A DNA stretch of 25,398 nucleotides from a candidate division WOR-3 bacterium (GTDB lineage: Bacteria; Hydrothermota; Tepidihabitantia; SM23-42; JAOAFX01), in NCBI GenBank assembly GCA_039802265.1, contig JBDRWI010000034.1:1-25398 (forward strand), given 5' to 3'. Made by a program: the position numbers and the translations under genes. The notes below the pieces were generated by a model that did no database searches, was not told where the DNA came from, and worked only from the letters and a program-made list of their open reading frames with translations. Positions within the stretch are counted from its first letter, which is position 1. The number at the start of each line of letters is the position of its first letter. Of the stretch, positions 25,034 to 25,398 are shown one piece after another.

Positions 25034-25398
25034 GGGTCCTCCTTGTTGCAAAATAACCAATATTGCCAATGACAACAAGAATAAGTATCGTAAGATGAGC
25101 AATTGACTGAGAACTCATTCCCTTTGTCGCAGGTGTGGGACCAGTAAGATTATATTTTGTGTGCACAAGGTATTCATATTCAGAGGCACCCTTTAACCCT
25201 GCAATCATTCCGCTCATCTGTCCGGTCTGTAGGAATGGATAAAAATCCGGGGCTGTAACTGCGGTTGCACCTGAACCAACCTTAACCCCAAATCTTGTGT
25301 TTGCATAAACAACCCAGGATTGGGGGATTGCGCTTCCTGCAATTGAAACAATAATGCCAATGTCATTATAATTTTTTATTTTCTTCATCATTTCAAGA
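25023..25398 (-). CDS. C-terminal part of a paralogue of subunit C (3111..3932), 5'-truncated by the window edge
   Basis: YPFLQTGQMSGMIAGLKGASEYE...GMSSQSIAHL aligns with YPYLSSGQLVGLLGGLKGAAEYE...GMDSQSIVHL. Confidence 0.85.
   Translation of the reverse strand, partial: LEMMKKIKNYNDIGIIVSIAGSAIPQSWVVYANTRFGVKVGSGATAVTAPDFYPFLQTGQMSGMIAGLKGASEYEYLVHTKYNLTGPTPATKGMSSQSIAHLTILILVVIGNIGYFATRRTRES

Noticed and set aside
25034..25102. N-terminal extension of the 229-aa ORF
   Set aside because: It overlaps the upstream paralogue's C-terminal TM; RBS plus GTG 25033 matches the paralogue length.
1..25398. CRISPR array, tRNA/rRNA, transposase, integrase, reverse transcriptase or defence genes
   Set aside because: I saw no regularly spaced 25-40-nt repeats, cloverleafs or catalytic motifs, and the intergenic gaps are too short.

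Overview
A gene-dense bacterial segment from a diderm, FCB-superphylum-like organism. The T9SS-type C-terminal domains, a PorV-family gene and strong AGGAGG RBSs suggest a WOR-3-like candidate lineage; this is inference. On the + strand, in order: the 3' part of an outer-membrane beta-barrel gene; a four-gene uncharacterised inner-membrane module (FN3-like + DUF6754-type protein and three membrane proteins); a DUF4388/PATAN + two Roadblock/LC7-like proteins + two small 3-TM proteins; exbB-exbD-exbD-tonB; lipoprotein, TonB-dependent receptor, 971-aa CTD protein and PorV-family barrel; a secreted papain-fold cysteine peptidase with LVIVD repeats; and an Asp-box CTD protein. After a bidirectional terminator, the - strand carries a GT-C (GT39/PMT-like) + TPR gene and the distal half of a second, diverged copy of the four-gene module. 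I saw no rRNA, tRNA, CRISPR array or transposase. The best candidate for a new system is the four-gene module, which looks like two pairs of homologous subunits with opposite membrane topology (a possible new transporter class) and brackets a putative protein/peptide-utilisation locus. Other signals: strong D-(S/T) sequon enrichment in exported proteins, three TTGACA-N16 promoters, orphan full-length anti-SD complements, and repeat-built spacers bridged by coupled mini-ORFs. All family calls were made by eye, with no database searches.
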